A stretch of 64,000 bases of DNA, from NCBI GenBank assembly GCA_044220955.1, contig JBGAQA010000004.1:32001-96000 (forward strand), in the 5' to 3' direction. This document shows, in pieces, positions 9,408 to 19,584 of the stretch. Position 1 is the stretch's first letter; each line of letters begins with the position of its first letter. The notes below the pieces were generated by a model, which had not been told where the DNA came from, ran no database searches, and saw only the letters and a program-made list of their open reading frames with translations. The DNA comes from Sandaracinaceae bacterium. GTDB taxonomy: Bacteria > Myxococcota_A > Polyangia > Polyangiales > Sandaracinaceae. The position numbers and the translations under genes are program-made.

Positions 9408-10370
9408 TCAGAACGCGAGCATGGTCGCGCAGTCGACGTCGCTCCCCGGCTCGACGCCGAGCAGCGTGGTGTAGCGCGCGTAGAAGCCGATGCGATCGGC
9501 GACGCGCGCATCACCCGGCATGTGGCACTCGAGGCCGCCGTTGATGATGTCGATCGTCACGCCGAAGCCGGGGCGGCGGCCGGCGGCGAGGTCGGCGGCG
9601 CTCGGCGTCCATCGGCCGGTCATCGCGTCGTGGCATGAGGGCTTGGGCGCCTGGGGCGTCATCCAGAACCAGATCGCCGTCTGCCACCCGACGACCCCGT
9701 CGCGCGTCACGAGGCCCGGGTCGTGGAGCAGGTCCAGGCCGAGCGCATCCCCGCACTGCGCGTAGTTGTAGTTCCACGAGAGCTGCAGGGGCCCACGCCC
9801 GTGGTACGTCTGCCCCGCGATGCACGGGAAGCTCGTCGCGTCGCAGTAGCCGGTGCAGCTCCCGCTGCCGCAGCCCACCTCCTCGCGGAAGCAGAGGCCC
9901 CAGGCGTGGGGGCCGTCGGGCGCGCTCGGCCAGCCGCCCGTCGTCTCGTGCGATGCGTTGGCGAGGAAGGCCGCGGCCTCGCGCCGCCGGTCGTCGAGCG
10001 AGCCGTCCGCCAGGAACGAGGGGAAGCGCGCCGCGGCGAGGACGAACGCGTCGTAGTCGTAGAGCGAGGCGTTGCAGGCCGCGTCGGTCCGGTGGAGCAA
10101 CATCGCGTCGAAGGTCGCGCGCGAGATCACGTCTCCGAGGCTCGACGGGCCGGCGTCGCTGCCCGGCGAGGCGGCGTCGCTCTCTCTCGTGCCGGTGTCG
10201 GAGCCCGCGTCCGGGGCCGGATCTGCGTCGGGTCCCGTCGCAGCATCGGGCAGCGTTCCGGTGTCCATCGCCGCCGCCCGCGCGTCCGCGCCGAGGCCCC
10301 CGTCGCTCGCCGGAGCCCCGGTCGAGCACGCGATCGCGAAGGAGCAGCAGAGGACGAGAGCGCGGCGCAT
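9408..10370 (-). CDS. GH19 chitinase, lipoprotein
   Basis: Lipobox [57 protein letters not shown]. Confidence 0.93.
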   Translation of the reverse strand: MRRALVLCCSFAIACSTGAPASDGGLGADARAAAMDTGTLPDAATGPDADPAPDAGSDTGTRESDAASPGSDAGPSSLGDVISRATFDAMLLHRTDAACNASLYDYDAFVLAAARFPSFLADGSLDDRRREAAAFLANASHETTGGWPSAPDGPHAWGLCFREEVGCGSGSCTGYCDATSFPCIAGQTYHGRGPLQLSWNYNYAQCGDALGLDLLHDPGLVTRDGVVGWQTAIWFWMTPQAPKPSCHDAMTGRWTPSAADLAAGRRPGFGVTIDIINGGLECHMPGDARVADRIGFYARYTTLLGVEPGSDVDCATMLAF

Positions 10371-10433
10371 CGCGCGAGCATGCGACGGAAACGAACGAGG
10401 CGCCCTCCTCTCGGAGAGCGCCCCGTCGCCCGA

Positions 10434-10457
10434 CCCTCTCCCGCTCGCGGGAGAGGG
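10434..10457. repeat. REP-like palindrome CCCTCTCCCGC-TC-GCGGGAGAGGG
   Basis: Perfect 11-bp stem just downstream of the OmpA gene stop; shares the CCCTCTCCC/GGGAGAGGG core with the copy at 63308. Confidence 0.75.
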
Positions 10458-10465
10458 CTTGCCCA

Positions 10466-12781
10466 TCAGTCGTGCGCCGAGATGATGAACTGCACGCGGC
10501 GGTTGCGCGCGCGGCCCGCGGCCGTGATGTTCGGCGCGATCGGGTTCGAGTCGCCGTAGCCGTGCGGCTCGAGGCGGCTCGAGTCGACGCCGTGCGCCAC
10601 GAGCCAGTCGCGGACCGCCTCGGCGCGGCGCTGCGAGAGATCCTGGTTGTGGTCGTGGCCGCCACGGTTGTCCGTGTGCCCCTGGATCTCGATCCGCGTG
10701 ATCTCGGGGTGACGGAGCAGCACGTCCGCGATCTCGGTCAGCAGCGGCTCGCTGTCGGCGACGATCTCGGCGCTGTCGGTGACGAAGTTGATCTGGCGGC
10801 GGATGGTGATCTCGCGGGTGCCGACGCGCACGAGCGAGCGCGCGGGCCGCGCGACCAGCGTGATCTCCGGCGTCGCCTGCTCGCGCGCGACGACGGTGAA
10901 CTGCGCCTGCGTGATCAGGAAGTTCTCCGCCTCGACCCGCGCCGTGTACGTGCCCGGCGGCAGATCCTGGCGCTGGAAGTCCCCCGAGGGGCTCGTGACG
11001 ACCGTGAAGCCCTGCGGGCCGGTGACGGTCACCGTGGCGCCGCCGACGGCCGCGCCGGTGTCGCCGACGACGTGGGCGCGCACCGAGCCGACGCGCGGGA
11101 GCGCGACGAGCTCGCAGGTGACGGTCACGTCGCCGCCCTCGGCGGCCACCGTCGCCGCGCAGCTGCCGTCCTCGTAGAGCGGCGCGTGGATCGCCAGCGC
11201 GACCTCGCCGGGATCGAGCTCGTAGGTCGTGAAGTGCCCGTCCGCGCTGCCCGCGAGCGCCGTCAGGTCGCGGCCCGGGAACGAGACGATGGCGTCGGCC
11301 ACGCCCGTGGTCGTGCCCTGCTCGACGATCGTGCCCACCACGCGGCCGCGGGGCGGCGGCGGGATCTGGTGCTCGACGACGCGCTCGACCGAGACCTCCT
11401 GGATCACGGGCGGCTCCTCCATGCCGTCGAAGGCATAGGCGAGGCCGAACATCACGTTGTAGGGCGCGTTCGGCGCGAGCTCGCGGACGAACGTGTTCAT
11501 GCCCGTCGTGCCGATGTCGGCCGCGATGGTGATGGCGAGCCCGCGGAAGTCGCCGGGCGGCTGCAGGCGCAGGCCGAGGGTCAGCGTGCTCGGGTACGAG
11601 CCGAAGCCCTGGTGCGCGATGCAGCCGTCCTCGCCGGCGCGCGGCGAGCCGCTTCCGGGCGACGAGGGGATGAAGAGGCAGTTGTAGCTGCGGCTGTTGA
11701 CCGCGATGCCCACCGTCCACTCGACGATCGGCGTGATGTAGAAGTCGGGCAGGCCCGAGATCGGGACCTCGATCGGGAACTCGAGGCCGAGGCCGAGGTT
11801 GATGAAGTCCGTCCGGTTGATGCCCAGCGCGAAGCGCTCGACGCGCGAGAGCAGGTGGCGGTCCTCGTTCTGCGGCGACATGCGCGCCTCGGGGCCCGTC
11901 GTCGGCAGCGCGTTGTAGCGAGCGTTCTCGACGTCGTTGGTGAGGATGGCGGACTGATCGAACCAGTACTGCGCGTTCAAGCGCGCGATCATCGGGAACT
12001 CGACGCCCTGGATGCCGCGCAGGTCGAGCGCGCCGGCGAAGCGGACGCCGAAGCTCGTGGAGCGGGCGACGAGGCCGATGTCGCCGACGGTGTTGAGCAG
12101 GCCCACCGAGACGTCGCCGCCGATGGTGAGGCCCGGGATCACCTCGAAGTACGCCTTCACACCGAGGAGCGTGTCCCCGAGCACCTGGAACAGGCCGGGC
12201 GACTCGCGATCGTTCGAGTTGGCGGAGCTCGTCACGGACGCGAAGAACTCGAGGAAGTCGAGCGGCGTCCAGCTGAGCGAGAGCGCGCCGCCGATGTGCT
12301 GGTCGTGGTCGCCACCGACGAGCCAGTTGTTCAGGATGAAGAAGTTCGTGAGGAGGCCGACCCGGAACGACTGCGAGGGGCCCGAGCCCGCGTCCACCAC
12401 GTGGATACCGCCGGTGGGTCCGCTCCAGGTGTTGTGGAGCGTGAAGCGGCGGCGGCGCCACGCGCGGCTCCCGGAGCTCGACAGCAGATCGCCGCGCGGG
12501 TCGTAGGCGTGCCCGTCCTCGGTGCGGGGCGAGACCGTCCGCGTCGTCGACGTCGCCGCGGGCGTCGCGCCTTCGTCCGCGTCCGCGTCCGCGTCTTCGT
12601 CGCCGAATTCGTCCGACTGCGTCGTGGCCGCAGGGGTCGCCGCGGGCGTGTCGCCGCGCTCGCGGTCGTCGAACTCGTCGTCGAACTCGTCGAACGACTG
12701 CGCGGACGCGGCCAGTGGGAGAGCGCTCAGGGCGGCGGCGAGCACCAGAAACGAAATCGACCGGGTGAAGACAGTTCGCAT
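10466..12781 (-). CDS. OmpA family outer-membrane protein (beta-barrel, carboxypeptidase-regulatory-like domains, OmpA C-terminus)
   Basis: Signal peptide from ATG 12781; C-terminal [29 protein letters not shown]. Confidence 0.9.
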   Translation of the reverse strand: MRTVFTRSISFLVLAAALSALPLAASAQSFDEFDDEFDDRERGDTPAATPAATTQSDEFGDEDADADADEGATPAATSTTRTVSPRTEDGHAYDPRGDLLSSSGSRAWRRRRFTLHNTWSGPTGGIHVVDAGSGPSQSFRVGLLTNFFILNNWLVGGDHDQHIGGALSLSWTPLDFLEFFASVTSSANSNDRESPGLFQVLGDTLLGVKAYFEVIPGLTIGGDVSVGLLNTVGDIGLVARSTSFGVRFAGALDLRGIQGVEFPMIARLNAQYWFDQSAILTNDVENARYNALPTTGPEARMSPQNEDRHLLSRVERFALGINRTDFINLGLGLEFPIEVPISGLPDFYITPIVEWTVGIAVNSRSYNCLFIPSSPGSGSPRAGEDGCIAHQGFGSYPSTLTLGLRLQPPGDFRGLAITIAADIGTTGMNTFVRELAPNAPYNVMFGLAYAFDGMEEPPVIQEVSVERVVEHQIPPPPRGRVVGTIVEQGTTTGVADAIVSFPGRDLTALAGSADGHFTTYELDPGEVALAIHAPLYEDGSCAATVAAEGGDVTVTCELVALPRVGSVRAHVVGDTGAAVGGATVTVTGPQGFTVVTSPSGDFQRQDLPPGTYTARVEAENFLITQAQFTVVAREQATPEITLVARPARSLVRVGTREITIRRQINFVTDSAEIVADSEPLLTEIADVLLRHPEITRIEIQGHTDNRGGHDHNQDLSQRRAEAVRDWLVAHGVDSSRLEPHGYGDSNPIAPNITAAGRARNRRVQFIISAHD

Positions 12782-13023
12782 CCGATGCTCCTCGATGGCC
12801 GTGCCGTCCGAGACGCGCTCCGTGGCGCGTGCTTCATACACCATCCCACGCCGCAAGCACAAACCTCGCCGCAAGGATCGGACGCGATTCAGCGCGCTTG
12901 CGCGATCACACGGCACGAACCGGCGCAGCACGAGCGCGTCCGGGGCGCGGCTGCGTCATTCGGCGCACGGCGGTGTGCGTGTCGTCTCAGCGTGCCACGC
13001 CGTCCCCGTCGACGACGCGGCGC

Positions 13024-13392
13024 TCACTCCGGCGCGTCGGGCGCCGGGAGCTGCACGATGAGCGACACCTTTCCGCTCTCGGGGATCATGACCGCGCGCG
13101 CCCCCGAGGCGGATCCGTCGGGACCCGTCGCCTCGACCACGTGGCGGCCGGGAGCGACACCCTCGAGCTCGCACTCGCCGGCCTCGTTCGCGTCGCAGGA
13201 CGTCTCGTTCCCGGCTTCGTCGCGGATCGTCACGCGGCCCTGGGCGGGGTGCCCGTTCCGCACGACGTGCACGACGATCACCGAGTGGTCCGTCGCCGGC
13301 ACGGCCAGCTGAGCCAGCGCGTCGCCGCCGGCGCCGAGCCCGACCAGGCTCGCGGCGCCGATGGCAGCGGTGAGGCGGCGCACCGAGAACAC
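13024..13392 (-). CDS. Small secreted protein with a carboxypeptidase-regulatory-like beta-sandwich
   Basis: Signal peptide; G.P..GRVTI...DANEAGECELEGVAPGRHVVEA. TATAAC lies 6 nt before GTG 13392 (start uncertain). Confidence 0.7.
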   Translation of the reverse strand: MFSVRRLTAAIGAASLVGLGAGGDALAQLAVPATDHSVIVVHVVRNGHPAQGRVTIRDEAGNETSCDANEAGECELEGVAPGRHVVEATGPDGSASGARAVMIPESGKVSLIVQLPAPDAPE

Positions 13393-13453
13393 GAAGCCGT
13401 TATAGCCCCCGCCCGGGGCGCGGTCACGGAAGATCCGGCGGCGTGCCGCCCTC

Positions 13454-14389
13454 TCAGGCCTCTTCTTCGGCGGGGACCTCGTACTGCGAGGTCTCGTCGT
13501 TCGTCGCCGTCGCCGCGCCACTCGGTGCCATCCGGCGCGCCGGCCGGCCTGGCCCGGGGGCGGCCTGGACCCGCGCCTCCTCGGGCAGCTCCGGACGCGG
13601 CGGGTGGGCGGGCTTCGGCAGACCGCCGCGGCCGTAGTCGAACAGGCCGCTCGACGTCGCGGCGTCCGGGCGCGGCTCGGGCTGGGGGCTCCACGCCGCC
13701 GGCAAGGTCGGTCGCGTCAGGATCGTCCCGTTGAACGTGTGCGGCGACGGGAGCGCGACGGGGGCGCTCGCCGTCCCCGGCCGCGGCTTGGCCGCCGCGC
13801 CGGCGCTCGCCGCCCGCGCGGGCGGGCCCTTCGGCGGCGGCGGTCGCGAGCGGGCCGTCTCGGCGACCAGCTCGTCGAGGTTGCCTACGGCCGTCGGCTG
13901 CTGCTCGGCGAACCCGGCCGCGTCCGGCTCCGCGTCCTGCACGTCGTCGGTGACGTCCGCCTCGACGGACTCGAGCGCGTCGGCCGCTGCGGCCTGCTTC
14001 GCCGCGTGCTGCTGCTCGAGGTCCTCGATCGAGACCTCACCCGTGGCGGGCTCCGCGTTGGGCTCCCCCGACATCGAGTTCCGCGCCATGAGCAGGCGCT
14101 CGAACATCACCTCGGCCGTGCCCTCGAGCGAGAGCGACTCGACGACGACGTCGAAGCGGTACTCGGGCGGGTGCTCCTCGCCGTTGTCGTAGCTGCCCTG
14201 GCACTTGCCCGTGCCTGCGAGCGCCGTCGAGCCGTCGGAGAACAGCACCGTGAACGTGACCCACTCGCCCTCGGCGATCGGCTCGGAGTACGGGAGCATC
14301 AGTCGCTCGGTGTCCACGCGCTGCGCGAAGTTCTCGGACAGCTCGGAGAAGTCGGCGAACGGCGTGGCGATCTCGAGGGCGCGGCTCAT
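13454..14389 (-). CDS. Myxobacterial PilZ-like (TIGR02266-like) N-terminal domain with acidic/Pro-rich tail
   Basis: FADFSEL..NF...EPIAEGEWVTFTVLFSDGSTALAGTG resembles the myxobacterial PilZ-like fold; the c-di-GMP motifs are not evident. Coupled to xseB (ATGA overlap). Confidence 0.6.
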   Translation of the reverse strand: MSRALEIATPFADFSELSENFAQRVDTERLMLPYSEPIAEGEWVTFTVLFSDGSTALAGTGKCQGSYDNGEEHPPEYRFDVVVESLSLEGTAEVMFERLLMARNSMSGEPNAEPATGEVSIEDLEQQHAAKQAAAADALESVEADVTDDVQDAEPDAAGFAEQQPTAVGNLDELVAETARSRPPPPKGPPARAASAGAAAKPRPGTASAPVALPSPHTFNGTILTRPTLPAAWSPQPEPRPDAATSSGLFDYGRGGLPKPAHPPRPELPEEARVQAAPGPGRPARRMAPSGAATATNDETSQYEVPAEEEA

Positions 14390-14640
14390 GGCTTCTCCTT
14401 GGCGCTCGTGTCGTCGAGCGCGTCGATCCTGGTCGGCTTGGTGGTTCCGTTCGAGAGCAGCTGCTCGACCTTGAGCTCGGCCTGCTCGAGGCGCTCGGCG
14501 CCGAGACGGGAGAGGCGCACGCCCTCCTCGAAGAGCGCGAGCGAGTCCTCCAGCGGGAGGTCTCCCTTCTCGAGCGCCTCCACGATCTCGTTCAGCCGCG
14601 CCAGCGCGGTCTCGAAGCTCGGCTCCGCGGCGCGATCCAT
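14386..14640 (-). CDS. xseB: Exodeoxyribonuclease VII small subunit
   Basis: SFETALARLNEIVEALEKGDLPLEDSLALFEEGVRL...LEQAELKVEQL. Confidence 0.95.
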   Translation of the reverse strand: MDRAAEPSFETALARLNEIVEALEKGDLPLEDSLALFEEGVRLSRLGAERLEQAELKVEQLLSNGTTKPTRIDALDDTSAKEKP

Positions 14641-14675
14641 CCGAGCGGCAGACTGCCTCGATCGAGGGTCGAGGG

Positions 14676-16517
14676 TCAATGCCGGCCCGCGGTCCCCAGG
14701 CGCACGATCGCGGGGGCGTCGGGCACGCGGGGCACGAGGATCTCCCCGTCGACGGGCGCGAGGCGCAGCACCCGCCCGTCGGCGAGCAAGATCGTGGCCC
14801 GCACGTCGTCGGCGATGCTGGCGTCGTGGATGGCGATGCGGACGTGCAGCGGGGCCGTGGCGAGCGTGGTCCGTTCGCCGCGCAGGGCTGCCGCGACGCG
14901 GGGATCGGTCTCGATCCGAGCGCGCCCGAGCGCGCGCGGCCCGGCGAGCTGATCCGGTGGGAGCGCGAGCGCTGCCGCCAGTCGGACCTCGGGCGCCGGA
15001 TCCTCGAGCGCCGCGACGATCACCGCGCGGTGGCGCGCGCTCCCGAGCGCACCGAGCGCGCGGACGGCCTCGGCGCGCATCAGCGGGTCGTCGTGCCGTG
15101 TCGCCCGGACGAGGCGCGATACGAGCTGCCGGCGCTCGGCTGCGGACGCGACCGGCAGGGCATCGGGGATGCGGCCGATCCCGGCCAGGCACGTCTCGTC
15201 CGCGTCGAGGAGGGCCTGCGTCGCCGCGACGCTCTGCGGAGCACCGCCCGCGGCGAGCGCGAGCCAGCCGACGACGCGCGCGTCGCGCTCCGTCTCGAGC
15301 GCGCGCGCCGCGGTCTGCGCGCCGCCGGCGAGCACGAGGCAGAGCGCGCCGTCGACTCCGAGCGCAGCCTCGATGCAGCCGCGCTCGTCGACGTCGCCCG
15401 TGAGCGCGCGCGTCCACGGCGCGACGGAGCGCGCGAGGAGCGCCGCGTGCGCGTCGCCCGCCGGGTGGGCGAGCGCGAGGGCCAGGTCGGCGTCGGGCGA
15501 AGGCGGGAGCGCGGCGAGGATGTCGGCGCGGTCCCGCTCCACGAGCGCGTCGAGCGCTTCGGCACGCGTCGCGGGGACCTCGACGAAGCGCGCGATGCGC
15601 TCCCCGTCGGCGGAGACGTCGCGTTCGAGCAGCACGCCGAGCGCGCGCGCGGCCGCCTCTGCGCCGCGCGCACGCATGCGATCGAGCGCCACGTCCGCTT
15701 CGGCGGGCGCCAGGACGAGCAGCGCGCGGAGCGACGCCGTCTCGCGCGCGTCGTCGGCGTCGAGCCAGCCTCGCCATCGCTCGAGCGGAACGCGCTCCGG
15801 CGCATGCCGGGCGAGCAGGTCGAGCGCGGGCTCGATCAGCGTCGCGTCCGAGCGCGCCATCGCGGTCTCGGCCAGGGCGATCGCCTCCTCGGACGCGCTC
15901 TGCGCCCGCGCGAGCGCACGCAGCACCTCGCGCGCGACGGTCGGCTCGAGGTCGAGCCCCGCACGGACGAGCGCGGCGTCGCGTGCTGCCGAGGGCGCCG
16001 CGGACGCGATGCACGAGACGACGCGATCGCGGAGCGCGGGATCGTCGAGGGTCGCGGCGAGCCACCCGAGGCGCGCTTCGGTCCGCACGAGCGCGTCACA
16101 CGAGCGGGATCGGGCGCCCTCGCTCGCCAGGTGCTGGCGCAGGACCGGGAGCGCGGTGTCGCCTCCGATCGCGTCCAGGGCTCCGGCGATCGCACGCCGC
16201 TCCGGCACCGCTGCGCGCTCCCACGCCAGGGCGAGCGCGACCACGTCGCTCTCGTCCGCGCGGCGGGCCAGCGCCTGGATCATCGCGGCGAGCGTCTCGG
16301 GCACGGCCTCGTGCTCGATGGCGCTCCCGAGGGGCGCGGCGAGCGCGTCGTGTGGACCGACGAGCGCCAGCCGTCCGGCCGCGTCACGCCGCGTCTGCGC
16401 GTCGGCCGACGCGAGCGCGGGATCGCGCGCGGCGAGACGCGCGAAGAGCCCGTCCTGCGCGCGCGCGAGGCGTGGCCCGCACGCGAGCGCGAGCAGCGCG
16501 ACGAGCGCCCACCTCAT
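14676..16517 (-). CDS. Secreted HEAT-repeat protein
   Basis: Signal MRWALVALLALACG; HEAT-like units such as DDPLMRAEAVRALG and LEDPAPEVRLAAALAL. Confidence 0.7.
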   Translation of the reverse strand: MRWALVALLALACGPRLARAQDGLFARLAARDPALASADAQTRRDAAGRLALVGPHDALAAPLGSAIEHEAVPETLAAMIQALARRADESDVVALALAWERAAVPERRAIAGALDAIGGDTALPVLRQHLASEGARSRSCDALVRTEARLGWLAATLDDPALRDRVVSCIASAAPSAARDAALVRAGLDLEPTVAREVLRALARAQSASEEAIALAETAMARSDATLIEPALDLLARHAPERVPLERWRGWLDADDARETASLRALLVLAPAEADVALDRMRARGAEAAARALGVLLERDVSADGERIARFVEVPATRAEALDALVERDRADILAALPPSPDADLALALAHPAGDAHAALLARSVAPWTRALTGDVDERGCIEAALGVDGALCLVLAGGAQTAARALETERDARVVGWLALAAGGAPQSVAATQALLDADETCLAGIGRIPDALPVASAAERRQLVSRLVRATRHDDPLMRAEAVRALGALGSARHRAVIVAALEDPAPEVRLAAALALPPDQLAGPRALGRARIETDPRVAAALRGERTTLATAPLHVRIAIHDASIADDVRATILLADGRVLRLAPVDGEILVPRVPDAPAIVRLGTAGRH

Positions 16518-17167
16518 CCGAGGAGCCACGAGAGCAGCGCGCTCGCGCCGAGCACCAGCGCCGCCGCGCTCCGGGCGAGCGTGGCCTCCGCGCGCGGCGC
16601 GACGTGCGGATCGAGCGCCTCCCTCCGCGGGGAGACGCGCGGCGGATCCGCCCCGTCGGGGACCGGCTCGAAGAGCGTCCCTGCTCCGCGGTACGGCATC
16701 GCGCCCCGGGCGCAGATCCGGAAGCACGCGACGACCTCGACCTCTTCTCCGGCGCGGATGCGCTGCTCGACGACGAGGCCAGCCTCGCCGTGGGCGGGCG
16801 GCGCGTCCACGATCACGGTGCGTGGATCGACCTCGACGGCCCCGGTCTCGTCTTCCACGCGAAACGGGAACGCCTCCAGCGTGTGGGCCACGTCGCGCAG
16901 CACGCCCTGGCCCGGGTCGACCGACGCGCGCAGGACGTAGACGCAGCGCGCGTCGTCCACCTGGCTGGTCACCGTCTCGAGGGGCACCACGCGGCCGCGG
17001 ATGCGAAACCGCCCCTGTTCGAGCTGGGCGATCGGGCGCAGGCGCGTGCCGTCCTCGGCGGGCCGCCGCTCCGCGCGCGTCGCCCACGCCACGAGCGCGT
17101 ACGACGCGAGCCCTCCCGCTGCGAGCACCGTCACGACCACGACGAGCAGAGCATGCCGCGGGCCCAC
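16514..17167 (-). CDS. Membrane protein with GIDE-like domain
   Basis: TM helices at both ends; core IRGRVVPL..FPFRVEDETGAVEVDP..EQRIRAGEEVEV. Similar to 58985..59809. Start uncertain. Confidence 0.6.
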   Translation of the reverse strand: MGPRHALLVVVVTVLAAGGLASYALVAWATRAERRPAEDGTRLRPIAQLEQGRFRIRGRVVPLETVTSQVDDARCVYVLRASVDPGQGVLRDVAHTLEAFPFRVEDETGAVEVDPRTVIVDAPPAHGEAGLVVEQRIRAGEEVEVVACFRICARGAMPYRGAGTLFEPVPDGADPPRVSPRREALDPHVAPRAEATLARSAAALVLGASALLSWLLG

Positions 17168-17263
17168 GCTCGCGGTCGAGCCCCGCCGGCGGGCGAGGAG
17201 GCGCTGGCCCCGCCATCGCCGGGGTTGTATCCTCGCCGCCTTCTTTCGGAGCCCCACCTCGTC

Positions 17264-17683
17264 ATGACGTCCCGCCCGCTCGCTGCGCTTCTGTTCGTCG
17301 TCCTCGGGGCGATCGCCGTGCCCGGCTGCGGCCAGGGGGACGGGGGCGTCTGCCAGCTCAACAGCGACTGCGCGGCCGGCCTCGTCTGCACGTGCAAGCT
17401 CGGCGGCGGCGTCGAGGCGCGCGGTGTCTGCCGTGCGACGGAGACGACCATGTGCACCGTGACGAGCAACGACTCCGGCCCGCCGGTCGACGCCGACCGT
17501 CAGGACGGGGGCACGGACGCTTTCGTCGGCGCCGACGCCGCGAGCGACGCGGGCTCGGACGCGGGCGGCTCGGACGCGGGCTCGGACGCGGGCGGCTCGG
17601 ACGCGGCCTCGGCGGCCGACACCGGGACGGACGCTTCCACTTCCGCCGACACGGGCGCGGACGCCAACGCCGACGCCGGATGA
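17264..17683 (+). CDS. Small Cys-rich lipoprotein with DAG-repeat tail
   Basis: Lipobox VPGC; CQLNSDCAAGLVC; stop overlaps the kinase ATG. Confidence 0.75.
   Translation: MTSRPLAALLFVVLGAIAVPGCGQGDGGVCQLNSDCAAGLVCTCKLGGGVEARGVCRATETTMCTVTSNDSGPPVDADRQDGGTDAFVGADAASDAGSDAGGSDAGSDAGGSDAASAADTGTDASTSADTGADANADAG
17546..17606 (+). repeat. Coding tandem repeat, 27-bp unit GACGCGGGCTCGGACGCGGGCGGCTCG x2.3 (DAGSDAGGS)
   Basis: Read directly from the sequence. Confidence 0.85.
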
Positions 17684-19560
17684 GCACCCACGATCGCATC
17701 GGCCGCGATCCGCTCATCGGCCGGACCATCGGCGGTCGCTATCGCCTCATCCAGCGCCTCGGAACCGGCGGGATGTCGAGCGTCTACCTCGCGCGCCACG
17801 TGCTGATCGATCGCCTCATGGCGATCAAGACGCTGCGCCGCGACCTCGCGAGCGACCCCGTGCAGCGCGACCGCTTCATCCGGGAGGCGCGCGCCGTCAA
17901 CCGCATCAACCACGCGAACATCGTCGAGATCACCGACTTCGGCGAGAGCGAAGACGGTCTGGTGTACCTGGTGATGGAGTACATCGCGGGCGAGTCGCTG
18001 CTCAAGGCGATGGGCGCCGGGCCCTTCGCGCCGCTGCGCGCCCTCGACATCGCCGAGCAGGCGGGCAGCGCGCTCGCGCGGGCCCATCAGATGGGCGTGA
18101 TCCACCGGGATCTCAAGCCGGAGAACATGATCCTGGTGGAGCTGCGCGACCGGAAGGACTTCCTCAAGATCCTCGACTTCGGGATCGCCAAGATCACCGA
18201 CGCGCCGTCGCTGACGGGCTCTCAGCAGATCTTCGGCACGCCGGGCTACATCGCGCCCGAGTACATCCAGTCGACGGCGATCGACGGGCGCGCGGACCTC
18301 TACTCGCTCGGTGTGATCCTCTACGAGCTCGTCACCGGCGCGCTGCCCTTCGACTACGAGTACCCCGGCGACCTGCTCGTGAAGCACGTGACGGAGACGC
18401 CCTTCAAGCCGAGCGCGCGCAAGGCCGACGTCCCGGCGCCCATGGAGGCGTTCATCCTCCGATGCCTTCAGAAGAACCCCGACGAGCGATTCCGGGACGC
18501 GTTCCACTTCCTCGACGAGCTCCGCGCGACGCGCGAGCTGCTCGGCCCGGCGCTCTCCTGGGGCGGGCTGAACGAGGCGGACGTCCCGGTCGAAGAGGAC
18601 GACGTACCCGTCCCGATCGGCACGCCACGCCGGCCCATGTCGGCCGAGGCGCGCACGCCGCGCGACGAGGCTCGGGGCCACGACAGCACGCCGACCACCG
18701 AGCAGCTCATCGACGTGCCCGACGAGGCGCGCCGCAGCGACACCACGCTGCCGCCGCCGCCGGACCCGGGCGAGTACCCGAGCGACGGCTCGAGCCGGCC
18801 CGTGACGGCGGAGTACGTTCGTCCGGCGATCCCCGTCGCGCCCAACGACGACCTCGAGGTCGAGATCGAGGTCGAGGAGCCCGCAGGACCGCTCGAGATC
18901 CAGGAGCAGGGCGTCTCCACGGGCCTCTCGGGGGCGCGTCGGTGGCGTGAGCGCTTCGTGGCGATCCGCGCCTGCGTCGAGGAGCTCTCGGGCGGCGCGA
19001 TGCCGCCCGACGAGATCGTGCGCGCGATGGCCCTCGCCGAGCGCTCGATCGAGCAGCTCGAGGAGTCGGTGCGCAGCGCCCGGATGCACCAGCAGGCGGT
19101 CGAGGCGCTCTCCGAGCGCGCGCGCGACTTCCGCGCGACGCTCGGCAAGACGATCGACGAGCTCGCCGCCGAGCTCAGCAAGCGGCGCGGGGAGCTCACG
19201 CTGCTCGCCCAGCGACGGAGCGATCTCGCCGAGCGGCGCGACGCCGCACGGCGCGGCGTGAAGCTCGGCGGCACCACCGAGGGGCAGGCCGACGCGCTGC
19301 TCTGGGAGCTCGCGGCCGTCGAGGAGGAGCTGCGTCAGAAGGGCGGTGCGTGCGACGAGGTCGAGGCGCACCTCGGCGAGCTCCGCGCGCGCCTCGAGCG
19401 CGAGAACGAAGAGCTCGAGATCGAGCTGAGCGTGCATACCCACGTGCTCGACCAGGAGATGGTGCGCCTCTGGCCGCTCGCGACCGCGCTCCGCGATCCC
19501 CTGCAGGAGGTCGAGGACTGGGTGCGCGCGCGATGGGAAGAGAGCCCGCCAGCCTCGTGA
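17680..19560 (+). CDS. Ser/Thr protein kinase with C-terminal coiled coil
   Basis: LGTGGMSSV, AIK, HRDLKPEN, DFG, GTPGYIAPE; no TM segment. Confidence 0.95.
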   Translation: MSTHDRIGRDPLIGRTIGGRYRLIQRLGTGGMSSVYLARHVLIDRLMAIKTLRRDLASDPVQRDRFIREARAVNRINHANIVEITDFGESEDGLVYLVMEYIAGESLLKAMGAGPFAPLRALDIAEQAGSALARAHQMGVIHRDLKPENMILVELRDRKDFLKILDFGIAKITDAPSLTGSQQIFGTPGYIAPEYIQSTAIDGRADLYSLGVILYELVTGALPFDYEYPGDLLVKHVTETPFKPSARKADVPAPMEAFILRCLQKNPDERFRDAFHFLDELRATRELLGPALSWGGLNEADVPVEEDDVPVPIGTPRRPMSAEARTPRDEARGHDSTPTTEQLIDVPDEARRSDTTLPPPPDPGEYPSDGSSRPVTAEYVRPAIPVAPNDDLEVEIEVEEPAGPLEIQEQGVSTGLSGARRWRERFVAIRACVEELSGGAMPPDEIVRAMALAERSIEQLEESVRSARMHQQAVEALSERARDFRATLGKTIDELAAELSKRRGELTLLAQRRSDLAERRDAARRGVKLGGTTEGQADALLWELAAVEEELRQKGGACDEVEAHLGELRARLERENEELEIELSVHTHVLDQEMVRLWPLATALRDPLQEVEDWVRARWEESPPAS

Positions 19561-19584
19561 GGTCGAGCGGCGCGCTCGCCGCGG

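Noticed and set aside
9635..13312. 1225-aa + strand ORF and similar long Arg/Ala/Pro-rich ORFs (e.g. 466..1899, 14679..16940, 36791..39520, 60677..63355)
   Set aside because: Antisense or off-frame shadows of well-supported genes; stop codons are rare in very GC-rich DNA.
15169..17679. Long N-terminal extension of the kinase ORF (likewise 23085-25049, 24899-27349, 52388-55123, 54923-60034, 59891-60727)
   Set aside because: These overlap other real genes and lack protein-like composition; the true starts are internal.
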